Part shown: piece after piece, positions 1 through 12,344 of the stretch | How the letters are laid out: each line of letters opens with the position of its first letter | Position numbering within the stretch: position 1 is the stretch's first letter | Assembly: GCF_006345805.1 (NCBI RefSeq) | Contig: NC_043017.1 | Span: 9,982,001-10,046,000, forward strand | Origin: Octopus sinensis | Lineage: Eukaryota | Length of the DNA: 64,000 nt | Direction: 5' to 3' | Made by a program: the position numbers and the translations under genes | Notes under the pieces: generated by a model | What the model was told of the DNA's origin: nothing | The model's input: only the letters and a program-made list of their open reading frames with translations | The model's database searches: none

Positions 1-205
1 TTGTGTGTTTGTCCCCCTAGCATTGCTTGACAACCGATGCTGGTGTGTTTATGTCCCCGTTACTTAGCGGTTCGGCAAAAGAGACCGATAGAATAAGTAC
101 TGGGCTTACAAAGAATAAGTCCCGGGGTCGATTTGCTCGATTAAAGGCGGTGCTCCAGCATGGCCGCAGTCAAACGACTGAAACAAGTAAAAGAGAGAGT
201 AAAGA
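1..205 (+). mobile_element. SINE family A, 3' half (cut by window edge)
   Basis: Near-identical to the 3' half of the full copies at 1859-2271 and 32488-32899, ending in an AAAGAG-type tail. Confidence 0.85.
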
Positions 206-802
206 GAATATGCCTGAAAATATCGCAGTTAAACACATGAGAAGACGCTGGTTCGCCAATATGGCCAGAGTCAAGAAGATTTACCTCCCTTACCTAGATC
301 TGGAGCTCAGGGTAGATTTTTATTACGAATTTAAGTGTTCAGTAAATCTGTTCCCTAATGTTTTCTCTTGTGGGCTGTCAATCGTAAACGAATCTATCTT
401 TTACTTGTTTCAGTCATTGGACTACGGCTATGCTGGGGCTGTTTGTATGTGCTATGTGTGTGTGATTGTCGATGTTTACATTCTGGGCACTTTGTATGAG
501 AATCTCCTGATATATATATATATATACAAGCGATGGAGTTTTAGAGATTTCTCAGTATAAGATGTAAACACTCATGCAAACACACACATGCATGGACATG
601 GATACACACACACACACACGCACGCACACACACACGCACGCACACACACACACACATGTGGTGTGGCATACAGATAGCTGATGACACTTTCACCAGTTAA
701 AATAGCTGAGTCATCATCCTAACACCACTGGGATAACTGTGAAATGTATGGTATGAGTCAACTGAATTCCGTTAATTTACATGTGGGTGTCGTATGTGGT
801 GT

Positions 803-1053
803 TATATATATATATATATATATATATATGCATTTATATTTATATATATATAGCATTATATATATGCATATATATATATATATATGCATATATATATATG
901 CAATATATATATATTATATATATATATTTATATATCTATATATATATGCATATATATATATATCTATATATATATATATTATATATATATATATATATGC
1001 ATATATATATATATATATATATATATGCATATATATATATATATATATATATA

Positions 1054-1100
<47 letters not shown>

Positions 1101-1118
1101 TATAATATATGCAATATA

Positions 1119-1164
<46 letters not shown>

Positions 1165-1195
1165 TATATATGCATATAATATATATATATATATA
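803..1195. repeat. (TA)n microsatellite with TGCA interruptions
   Basis: Direct reading; similar tracts at 1500-1858 and 2272-2518. Confidence 0.95.
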
Positions 1196-1368
1196 GGTTA
1201 TAAATGAGATAGGGTTTGAGAATTCAACCCACCATGGGATAATATATATCCAATATACTGCAGATAGGTACCCAACAAGACTAATACATAGATGTTAAAA
1301 ATTGTCAAACAATCAGTTCATCTATTGTATTATATGGGTAAAGGTAATAATATTACCGTAAATTAATA

Positions 1369-1496
1369 CTACAAAATTAGAGAATGGAGAAACATGCTTA
1401 AATCATAAAAATCAACTATCCGATGATACCAATGGGTATCATCGGATAGTTGATGTTTTATTGATTTAAGCATGTTTCTCCATTCTCTAATTTTGT

Positions 1497-1498
<2 letters not shown>
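1369..1498. repeat. Near-perfect hairpin, about 62-bp arms, 4-nt loop
   Basis: 1369-1430 is the reverse complement of 1435-1498 apart from two single-base indels; lies in a ~300-bp non-microsatellite insert between (TA)n tracts. Confidence 0.9.
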
Positions 1499-1553
<55 letters not shown>

Positions 1554-1602
1554 GCATATATGCATATATATATATATATATTATATATGCATATATGCAT
1601 AT

Positions 1603-1655
<53 letters not shown>

Positions 1656-1858
1656 TATGCATATATGCATATATATTATATATATATATATAATGCATAT
1701 ATATATATATATATATATAGATATATATGCATATATATATATATATATATAGAATATATATATGCATATATGAATATATATGCATATAAGCATATATATA
1801 TATATATATGCATATATGCATATATATATATGCATCTATATATATATGCATATATATA

Positions 1859-2271
1859 GGCGCAGGAGTGGCTGTGTGGTAAGTAGCTTGTCTACCAACC
1901 CCATGGTTCCGGGTTCAGTCCCACTGCGTGGCACCTTGGGCAAGTGTCTTCTACTATAGCCTCGGGCCGACCAAAGCCTTGTGAGTGGATTTGGTAGACG
2001 GAAACTGAAAGAAGCCCGTCGTATATATGTATATATATGTGTGTGTCTGTTTGTGTGTCTGTATTTGTCCCCCTAGCATTGCTTGACAACCGATGCTGGT
2101 GTGTTTATGTCCCCGTTACTTAGCGGTTCGGCAAAAGAGACCGATAGAATAAGTACTGGGCTTACAAAAAAGAATAAGTCCCGGGGTCGAGTTGCTCGAC
2201 TAAAGGCGGTGCTCCAGCATGGCCGCAGTCAAATGACTGAAACAAGTAAAAGAGTAAAAGAGTAAAGAGAG
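1859..2271 (+). mobile_element. Full-length tRNA-derived SINE family A
   Basis: Head with A-box-like TGGCTGTGTGG and B-box-like GGTTCAGTCCC; internal (TA/TG) tract; AAAGAGT tail; many copies in the window. Confidence 0.88.
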
Positions 2272-2453
2272 TATATATATATATAATATATATATTATGC
2301 ATATATATATATATGCATATATATATATATGTATATATATATCTATGTATATATATATTATATTATATAGATTATATATATTATATATATAAGCACATAT
2401 ATATGAGATGTCAGTGTTAATATATATATATATTATATGCATTATATATATGC

Positions 2454-2484
<31 letters not shown>

Positions 2485-2840
2485 ATCTATATATATATAT
2501 ATATATATATGCATATATGTTACGGTTCAGTGTTGAAACACCCGATGTACATTGGATACCTTCTAATGACATCAATTCCTCCTGGCCAAGATTCCATTCA
2601 CTTTGGTGTAATGATGTACAGAGACTCAAAGCACAAGCTTGTCAGACATACAAGTATTACTATATAATCTGTCGAGTAGGAACAGGTCGCCAACTGAAAC
2701 CGATGTAAGGGGGATAACTCCACCCCACCTAAGAGCTTATCTGTAGGTTTTCATTCCAGTAACTTTTTGTTTGCCAAATTAAATGACCATGGTGTTTTTG
2801 TCCCTCCAATTGTAGAGAGGTTATGTGCCTCTGGCCATTT

Positions 2841-2900
2841 GAGTCTTATGGGGCGCCTATACAGCTAAGAGCTTTATAGGTGTGAAACCAATGGTCACTC
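2841..2900 (+). ncRNA. Degenerate type-I hammerhead ribozyme motif
   Basis: GAGT-CTTATGG (2 mismatches to CTGATGA)-g-GCGCCTATA...TATAGGTGT-GAAA-CCAATGG-TC-ACTC; stems I, II and III all pair. Confidence 0.55.
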
Positions 2901-3241
2901 TCTGACCAGCCATAACAACCTTCTAAGTATGTGTGTGTGTGTGTGTAAATTGTCAAGGTGCAACATAAAATGCCATGGTGTGGGTGATTGTGCTATGTAA
3001 AAAACTCTCAGTCCACTCTGTGGGATGGTTGGCAATATGAAGGGCATCCAGCCATAGAAACCGTGCCAAAGCAGACAGTGGAACCTGGTGTGGTCCCTGG
3101 CCTTGCTAGTTCCTATCAAGCCATCCTACCTGTGCCAGCATGGAAAATGGACATTAAATGTTGATGATGATGATGATGATGATAATACATACACACACAC
3201 ACATGAATGCATGTGAGTGCACGTGCACACACACGCACACA

Positions 3242-4103
3242 CAGGGTGTGATGGTTAAATTGTCGTCATTTTATATTTTTAATTTCGCATCTCCACATTG
3301 TTTTTGGTTCGTTGACTACACAGTACAGCAGGGTCAGTGGAGTACCGTCTGTGAGAAAAACAGCACCATGACGCAATTCACTCTGCTAGAAATTTGGAAA
3401 CGACATGCTATACTTCTGGGCATTCACGCCGGAAGCTCCAATACGAACATTTCAGAGTGTTTGCTTGTCAATCTGAGGACATGTATTGAGAGTGATAAAA
3501 ACCAAACATTCAGTCAGCATCATGGTGTTTGGAGTGATCATTAGTGATGGCGACGTTATGCATCTATTCATCTTCCCACACGGCCCCACACTCAACACAG
3601 AAGCCTACATCAAGTGCCTGGAGGAGGTAGTGCTGTCCTGGGTGAAGAGGGTGGCTGTTGGGTAGACCCTATGTCTAGCAACAGGACACTGTGCCATGCC
3701 ACACGAGCAGGAGAACCCAGTCATGACTGTCAGACAGTTTCTGAAACCACATCACCCCTAACATTGCGCCACCTAACTCCCCAGACTGCAACACCCTTGA
3801 TTATTATGTGTGTAGTGCAGTTGAGTGAGAGAACAACAAAACTCCTTGTAACACCATAGATGAATTGAAGGCAAAGATCATGGTAGCATTCACCGATTTA
3901 AACAAGGAGACCGTGCAGAAGAGTTGCAGGACATTCCAGAGCCGTCTGTGGTTGTAGCCAATGTTGATTTTATTGAATAAATTTACTCTTTAGTATTTCA
4001 AGATATTTTTATAGAATGTTGGTAAATACATCTGTTGAAATGAGATGTCAGTGTTATTTTCATTTTTGCATAATTTAAACGACAGTTTAGTCACAACACA
4101 CTG
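3242..4103 (+). mobile_element. Internally deleted Tc1/mariner-superfamily DD37D (maT-like) element
   Basis: Imperfect TIRs (CAGGGTGTGATGGTTAAATTGTCG / CGACAGTTTAGTCACAACACACTG-TA); N-terminal MTQFTLLEIWKRHAILLG joined to a decayed catalytic region QQD...PNSPDCNTLDYY with stops. Confidence 0.85.
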
Positions 4104-4108
4104 TATTA

Positions 4109-4147
<39 letters not shown>

Positions 4148-4149
<2 letters not shown>

Positions 4150-5465
4150 TCATCATCATCATCATTTAACGTCCGCTTTCCATGCTAGCATGGGTTGGAC
4201 GGTTCAACTGGGGTCTGGGGAGCCCGAAAGCTGCACCAGTCCAGTCAGATCTGGCAGTGTTTCTACAGCTGGATGCCCTTCTAACGCCAACCACTCCGAG
4301 AGTGTAGTGGGGATTTTATGTTCCACCGACACAGGTGCCAGACGAGGCTGGCAAACGGCCACGCTCGGATGGTGTTTTTATGTGCACCGAAACAGGTGCC
4401 AGACGAGGCTGGCAGACGGCCACGCTCGGATGGTGTTTTTATGTGCCACCGACACAGGTGCCAGATGAGGCTGGCAAACGGCCACGATTGGATGGTGTTT
4501 GTTACGTGCCCACAGCACGGAGGCCAGTCGATGCGGGTAGGTACTGGCTACGGCCACGTTCGGATGGTTTTCTTGTGTGCCACGTGCCACCGGACTGGTA
4601 CCACAAAAGAACCAAATTCCATTGATGTTCATCTATTTTGATTTGTTTTGATTTGATTTTCACTTGCCTCAACAGGTCTTCACAAGTGTCACAAGAAGGA
4701 AGGTATGCACAGGTGGACTGACTACGTCCCAGGTAGGGGCCACAGGTATGGCCTGACTAGTCTTGCCGGGTCTTCGGATGGTGTTTTTATGTGCCACCGA
4801 CACAGGTGCCAGATGAGGCTGGCGAACGGCCACGATCGGATGGTGTTTGTTACGTGCCACAGCACGGAGGCCAGTCGGTGCGGTACTGGCTACGGCCACG
4901 TTCGGATGGTTTTCTTGTGTGCCACCGGCACTGGTGGTCCACAAGATACAATTCCATTAATGTTCATCTATTTTGATTGTTTTGATTTGATTTGTTTTGA
5001 TTTCATTTTGATTTCACTTGGCCTCAACAGGCCTTCACAAGTATCACAAGGAGGAAGGTATGCACAGGTGGACTGACTACGTCCCAGGTAGGGGCCGGGA
5101 TATGGCCTGACTAGTCTTGCTGGGTCTTTGGATGGTGTTTTTATGTGCCCCGACACAGGTGCTAGATGAGGCTGGCGAACGGCCACGTCGGATGGTGTTT
5201 GTTATGTGCCACAGCACGATGGCCACGATGCCAGGGTACTGACTACGGCCACGTTCGGATGGATTTCTTGTGTGCCACAGGCACTGGTACCACAAAGATA
5301 CAAATTCCATTGATGTTCATCTATTTTGATTTGATTTGATTTTCACTTGCCTCAACAGGTCTTCACAAGTGTCACAAGAAGGAAGGTATGCACAGGTGGA
5401 CTGACTAGTCTTGCCGGGTCTTCGGAAGGTGTTTTTATGTGCCACCGACACAGGTGCCAGATGAG
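4148..5465 (-). mobile_element. SINE family C with an expanded internal tandem array
   Basis: (GAT)n-tailed SINE body at 4148-4320, then ~60-bp GTGCCACCG-type units nested in three ~340-350-bp higher-order units (CTATTTTGAT at 4633, 4968, 5321). Confidence 0.8.
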
Positions 5466-6151
5466 ATAGATATATATATATATATTTTTTTTTCATACAC
5501 ACACACACACACACATACACACACAATGCACTTCCAGAACATTTCCATCTACCAAATCACTGACAAGACATTAGTCATCACCACCACCACCTTGCCAGGG
5601 TTATAGCAGAAGAGGCTGTCCCAAGGAGGTGCAATGCAGTGGAACTGAAACCAAAACGATGTGGTTGGAAAGCAAGATTCTTAACACAAAATGACAAAAA
5701 GAAAGAAAAAAAATGAAATTAAAGCCAGTTTCTATAACAAGCAAAAAAAAAAAGCAATATATAAAATAAAAAGAATTATAAAAGAGAAAACAATATCATC
5801 TGAAAAAGTCTCTTTGGACATTTAAAATAAACATAGGCCATTGTTAAATTTTTGATATTTGCTGGTTTTATTTCTTAAGATTATAAATTTCCAGATCATT
5901 CACCTTGTCTTTAGATGTTTATGTATTTGCAATGTTTGTGTCTTTCTTCATTTCGTTTCTTGCAATCAGTTTGATCTCCTGGAGCTGTAAGAGTCTTATG
6001 TGTATGCGTGTGAATACACACACACACCTCAGATATATTTCGCACACACCTATCTATCAGTGTGTCTATCTCTGTGTATATGCACACATACACACATATC
6101 TATCTATACACACACACACCAACACACATGTATCTCTCTCTCCCTCTCTCT

Positions 6152-6214
<63 letters not shown>

Positions 6215-7313
6215 ACACACACACACCTATATGGTTCAAAACTGTGCAAAATTGAAAAAAAAAAACAAAACAAAGAGTGCAGACAGATGAGAAAACGACA
6301 AACAAGTATGCTTGAGAGTTTTCTATCACAAGTTTAATCCTGACAGTATTTAAGGCAATTTCTAACAGCCTCCAACATTATTCAGGCCACCAGGCTTCCA
6401 CAACAGCTCAAGAGGTGGGGGTGTAAAAGTACCCCCTAAAATTGCAATGAAAGCACTGAATATCCTCCTGAAAAAGAATGACCCTAGAAACGTTTTTGGA
6501 CTGGTTTGAAACATTATTTTACCATTATTGGATTTATCTGATCTCATCGATGTACAAATATAATCATTATTATTATATCTGTGTTTTTTTAATTACGATA
6601 TTAAAACTGACAAAAAAAATCGACCTTGTTTGTAGAATATTCTGGACCTGGGTTTGAACCCTCCTAGCAAACTTTGTTCCCGCATTTATGGGCCCTCAAT
6701 TTCAATCTGTTGCGAGTTGCCACTGCATCACAAACGGAAATCAGACGATTGTAGGAATTTCAAACATCACCATTGCAAATAATTTCCTTATCTTCAGTAA
6801 ATCTCATTCTAATGGTTTTGAATAGTCTTTCACCTCTGAGCAATTGTTCTATTTCTTTGATTTGATCTTATTTGCAATCTTTATTTGCAAGGATTAATTC
6901 ATTCTTCGTTTCTTCTCGCTGGTCTTCTAATTTCATTACGTCAGATTCCACCCAAAGAACAAAAGATGTTATCAGCAACATAAAGTTACTGCTTTCAGGT
7001 GAAATCATGCTTATCCTAGCAGCAAGCATGATTAAACAACGCTCTAGCATAATTACCTGAAAGACTATAGCGATTGAGCTGAAGGCAACTACAGACTCCA
7101 TGGATTCAGCCCAACCGGAACGGAAACAAAGGAGAAATATGCTTGAGTGGAAACAGATCAAGCGCAACGGCTTCTAGAGTTATATCCCTTGGTTTGGCTT
7201 GCCCAGTTTCATAGTAAAGGCAAATATATTATAATTAGAGGCGGTGTGTGAAAATATATACAAATGAAGGAGACGGCGGGGTAAAAGGAAGAGAAGGAGA
7301 GGAGGCAGAAAGG

Positions 7314-8147
7314 AAAATAACACTGACATCTCATTTTAACAGATATATTTACCAAAATTACATGAAAATATCTTGAAATACTAAAGAGTAAATTTATTCA
7401 ATAAAATCGCCATTGGCTTCAACCACGGCCTCCAGACAAATTCAGAATTTCCGGCAACTTTTTTGCATGCACGGTCTCCTTGTTTAAATCGGTGAATGCT
7501 ACCATGATCTTTGCCTTCAATTCATCTTTGGTGTTACAAGGAGTTTTGTTGCTCTCTCACTCAATTGCGCCCCACACATAATAATCAAAGGGGTTGCAGT
7601 CTGGGGAGTTAGGTGGCCAGATGTTAGGGGTGGTGTGGTTTCAGAAATTGTCTGACAGCCATGACTGGCTTCTCCTGTTTCTGTGGTATGGTGTAGAATC
7701 CTGTTGCTAGACATAGGGTCTACCCAGCAGCCACCCTCTTCACCCAGGGCAGCACTACCTCCTCCAGGCACTTGATGTAAGCTTCTGTGTTGAGTGTGGG
7801 GCCGTGTGGGAAAATGAATGGAGGCATAACATTGCCATCACTAGTGATCACCTCAAACACCATGATGTTGACTGGATGTTTGATTTTTATCACTCCTAGT
7901 ACATGTCCTCAGATTGAGAAGTGAACACTCTGAAATGTTCGTATTGCAGCTTCCGGTGTGAATGCCCAGCAGTACAGCATGTCATTTCCAAATTTCTGGC
8001 AGAGTGAATTGTGTCACGTACTGGTTTTCTCACAAGCAGTGCCCAACCAACCCTACCATACTGTGTAGCTGACAAAATCAAAAGCAAACCATGCTCATTT
8101 GCGAAATTAAAAATATAAAATGGCGACAATTTACCAATCACACCCTA
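7314..8147 (-). mobile_element. Second DD37D (maT-like) non-autonomous copy
   Basis: Minus-strand translation QQD-STPYHRNRRSQSWLSDNF*NHTTPNIWPPNSPDCNPF-DYYVW has 37 residues between the Asps; same internal deletion and stops as 3242-4103; 5' TIR at ~8124-8147. Confidence 0.85.
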
Positions 8148-8149
8148 TG

Positions 8150-8183
<34 letters not shown>

Positions 8184-8325
8184 TGTATATGAGTGTGTGT
8201 AACCTCACACAAACTTCCAGACGTTGTTCCACAGATGTTTGCAAACAATCAACATCACTTGTATGACAATGTTATTTTCACAATTAGCAAGATAATGGTA
8301 ATTCTAGGTCTCACACAACACACAC

Positions 8326-8356
<31 letters not shown>

Positions 8357-8619
8357 GAACACACACACACAAACAAACACACACACACAAACACACACAC
8401 ACAAACACACACACACACACAGAAACACAAACAAATGTGAGTAGGTGTCTGTTTATATCTGATTCTGTCAATGAAATGATGCTTGTTTGTGCATGTGTGT
8501 ATGTTGTCTGTTTATTACTACATATACTGGCTATTTAAAGCAAGCACATGCATAATTTCATAATGACATACATACATACGATCACATAAGCATACAATGA
8601 CACAGTCATACAATCACAC

Positions 8620-8800
8620 ACACACATACACAACTACCACCACCATCACCCACACATCTACTACACACATACACAACTACCACCACCATCACCCACACAT
8701 CTACTACACACATACACAACTACCACCACCATCACCCACACATCTACTACACACATACACAACTACCACCACCATCACCTACACATCTACTACACACATA
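8620..8800. repeat. ~43-bp minisatellite, about 4 copies
   Basis: CACATACACAACTACCACCACCATCACCCACACATCTACTACA repeated. Confidence 0.85.
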
Positions 8801-9284
8801 TATACATACAACCACCACACATACCACATGCACACACCTAAGCTTTCTCTCTCTCTCTCTCTCACACACACACCTACCACTCCCAAAAGAACCCTTCAAA
8901 CACTGACGCCCCCATGAACTAGATTCCTCTGGCACACACCTGCCCTCCCCCAACAATGTCTTCACCCAATCTATAAGCAGCTGAAAAGTGCATATCCAGG
9001 CAACTTCGGTTAACGTTTCCATAGACAGTCTTTTCACACGATGCAAATATCTTGATAGAGGGAGAGAGAGAAGGAGGGAGGTAGGGAGAGCTTTTGAAGC
9101 CCACTCCCCATACCCATCACCACCACAACCACCACCAACACTATCAGAGTCGTCTTTTCCATTAAAGAACATCAGTGTTGGTCAAAAAGTCAGCTGCTGA
9201 CAACATGCATCATGGAATCGGTAAATAGAATGAACAGGGTAAAGTGGTCATTAATTATTTTTGTTATTGTTCTCCTTATTATTA

Positions 9285-9316
<32 letters not shown>

Positions 9317-9319
9317 TAC

Positions 9320-9760
9320 TAAGGCAGCAAACTGGCAGAATCTTAAGCGTACTGGATGAAATTCTTAGCGGTATTTTGCCCATCACTACGTTCTGAGTTC
9401 AAATTCCTCTGAGGTCAACTTTGCCTTTTGTCCTTTCAAGGTCGAAAAATTGAGCACCAGTTACACACTGGGGTCGATGCAATCGATTATCCCCCTCCCC
9501 CAAATTTCCCTATAATAGAAAATATTATTATTATTATTATTATTAAGGCAGTGAGTTGGCACAATCGTTAGCATACTGGGTGAAATGCTTAATGGTATTT
9601 CGTCTGCCACTACATTCTGAGTTCAAATTCCACTGAGGTCAACTTTGCCTTTCATCTTTTTGGGGTTGATTAAATAAGTACCAGTTACACACTGAGGTTG
9701 ATGTAATCGACTTAATCCTTCCTCCAAATTTGAGGCCTTGTGTTCCCAGTAGAAAGGATT
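9320..9760 (+). mobile_element. Two SINE family B copies in (ATT)n
   Basis: Core GAGTTCAAATTCC..GAGGTCAACTTTGCCTTT..TAAGTACCAG, resembling the Nin/Deu SINE domain. Confidence 0.8.
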
Positions 9761-9769
9761 ATTATTATT

Positions 9770-9804
<35 letters not shown>

Positions 9805-9807
9805 TAT

Positions 9808-10570
9808 ATGAAAGCTCACAGCTGGGTATGATGGAAAGTATCAGCTGTCTACAGCCAGCAGACAAAGGTGACACTTGTTTACTGGTCATGCTTCAAGAAC
9901 CCTGTGAAGAATTCTTGTAGTTCCAAGCAATGCTGATTTTTGTAGGTGTTCTACCTTCACACTTGCATCAATCTATTTTAGCCATGATGGTAGCTGAGTG
10001 CTGGTACTTCCAAGCATGCCCATCACTATTAGTATCACTTCCACTCTCTTCATTGTCCACAAACTGCACATTTCCCATTCTTTTTCTTTGATCTTGTTGT
10101 CACAAAGACATGCCATGTCGATTATTATCAGGCATTTTCCTTTTTTCTTCACTACAACAATGTCAGGTTTCTGTTGTCTGATCTGACCACCACACTGAAT
10201 CATTGCATCCAACACAATTTCGTAAACTTCATTCTGAGTAACTCCTTTTGAGATTTGGTCATACCATTTCTTTGCTCTTTGTAGGTTGTGATTTCCGCAG
10301 AGCTTCCAATGGATCATTCTTGCCACATTGTCATGTCATCTTTTGTATTCGTGTTGTGCCAATTTCGGGCATTCGCTAACAATGTGCCATACTGTTTCAC
10401 CCCTCCCACCACACATTTGTCACTCTCAGTTGTGTTGTCAATTCTGCACTTCACAAAGTCTATCCTTAATGTTTGTTCTTGTGCTGCACATATGAATGCT
10501 TCTGTATCTGTCTTGGCATTCATATCTCTTGCAAATTGACCAAACATGTTTTTTTCCCTTCCATTCTATT
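9808..10570 (-). mobile_element. R4/Dong-like non-LTR retrotransposon, 3' fragment (RLE endonuclease)
   Basis: TEAFICAAQEQTL, decayed zinc knuckle and RHD-like region, KPDIVVV...IIIDMAC motif, C-terminus LQKSALLGTTRILHRVLEA*, short 3' UTR ending in (TAA)n. Confidence 0.8.
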
Positions 10571-10802
10571 TCTTTTTTTGAGCAGCAAGCTGACAGAATG
10601 GTTACCACACTGGGCAAAATGCATTTCATTTGTTTTTACTTTCTGAGTTCAAATTCTGCCAAGGTTGACTTTGCCTTTCATCCTTACGGGGTCAATAAAA
10701 TAAGTACCAGTTGAATACTGGGGTTGATGGAATTGACTTATCCTCTCCCCAAAATAGCTGGTCCTTTGCCAAAATTTGAAATCATTATAATTATTATTAT
10801 TA

Positions 10803-10848
<46 letters not shown>

Positions 10849-10965
10849 CATTACCTCCACCTTAGCGAAGGTGGAGGTATTGTTTTCAGTCGTGTTTGTT
10901 TGTTTGTCTGTGGACAAGATATCTCAAGAACTGCAGGATGGATCATCATCATCATCACCATCACC

Positions 10966-10997
<32 letters not shown>

Positions 10998-11269
10998 TAT
11001 CATCATCATCATTCAGACGTCTTATTTTTATCACATGCTTTCACTGCACTACCGAGTGCAGCTCTGTGTGTCTTGGGCATGTGCTGTGGTTCATTGTGAC
11101 GCTCTTATTTTCACTGTATTGAAAGTGTTTTTATGTAGGATGTGTGTAGTTGTTGTCGTCGTTATGTTAGCATCATTTTAATTATTTTAGAAAGGCAATG
11201 AGCTGGCATGCCAGACAATATGAATGGCAGCATTTCATCAATCTTCGTGTTCTGAGTTCAAATTCCACT

Positions 11270-11460
11270 GGCACGTAAAAGCACCCACTACACTCTCGGA
11301 GTGGTTGGCGTTAGGAAGGGCACCCAGCTGTAGAAACTTTGCCAGATCAAGATTGGAGCCTGGTGCAGCCATCTGGTTTGCCAGCCCTCAGTCAAATCGT
11401 CCAACCCATGCTAGCATGGAAAGCGGACGTTAAACAATGATGATGATGACGATGATGATG
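11270..11460 (+). mobile_element. SINE family C inserted in a SINE family B copy
   Basis: B sequence stops at GTTCAAATTCC (~11266) and resumes at GTTGACTTTGC (~11460). Confidence 0.75.
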
Positions 11461-11773
11461 TTGACTTTGCTTTTCATCCTTTTGGGGTCAATAAGTACCA
11501 GTGAAACATTGGGGGTGAATGTACTCAGCTAGCCCTCCCTCTCCCCCAGATTCCATGTCTTGTGCCCATAGAAAGAATTATTATTATTTTGAGAAGAGTA
11601 CATGATTAAAGTGGTTGTATACTGTCAACTTAACGTGACAGTTCTGTAAGGGAATTACACCACCGCTGTTTAACCCTAGGAAGCATCGAATGCTTCCTGT
11701 CGGCTTTGACACATTTCCTGAGTCCTTATATTTGTGAATGGGAGGCAAGCACCCCCACCAGCCAAGATTCACA

Positions 11774-11820
11774 CCTGAGGACATGCATCTTTCTGGGTCT
11801 TAACCCGTCATCAGCCCAGG
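11774..11820 (-). ncRNA. Type-I hammerhead ribozyme motif, near-canonical
   Basis: Minus strand CCUGGG-CUGAUGA-c-GGGU-uaag-ACCC-a-GAAA-gAUGCAUG-UC-CUCAGG: 6-bp stem I, 4-bp stem II, palindromic stem III, GUC triplet. Confidence 0.7.
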
Positions 11821-12344
11821 ATAGTGAGATCTGCTGACTGAGGTGCCCGTCCAGCCTTCACGAATATATATATTTACAGTGAAATCTATTCACTGGTCAC
11901 CAAAGTTTACCGAGAAATATATTGCAGTGAATCATGCAGAGGCTTCATAGTTCCAAATGACTAAAAAAAAAGAAGCAAACATGTTAACCAGGAAAAACCA
12001 TTCCAATGTTTGGGACCCATTGCTGTTGCAAATGGTAATCTCTTTCCCAATCACATAGAAATTGACCCCTTTGTGCATTTAACTACAAGTGGTTTACTGG
12101 TGCAATCTGTTCTTGGTATGCACTTTTCACTTTCCAGTCTCACTCTGCTGATTGGTCTGGACAGGGTCTTCACTTTCCACTGTGGTCAAGCTGTACACTC
12201 TCTATTGTCCACTATGGACTTCTTGTACGTATTTCTTTGGTCCAATCTAAACAGTGTACTCCTTTCCAGACATGGCAGTCTCCTTCCACTGTCCATTATG
12301 GACATGGTGTACTCCACTATGGTGGTATTTTTGAGTGGTATGTG

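Noticed and set aside
744-1859. YI/HT/CV-rich ORFs here and throughout the window
   Set aside because: Translations of (TA)n, (CA)n and (TG)n microsatellites
1859-1935. tRNA-like sequences at SINE heads
   Set aside because: They continue into SINE bodies and lack a complete cloverleaf, so they are not tRNA genes
4640-4780. Possible HDV-like ribozyme in the SINE C upstream segment
   Set aside because: I could not fit the nested double pseudoknot on either strand by eye
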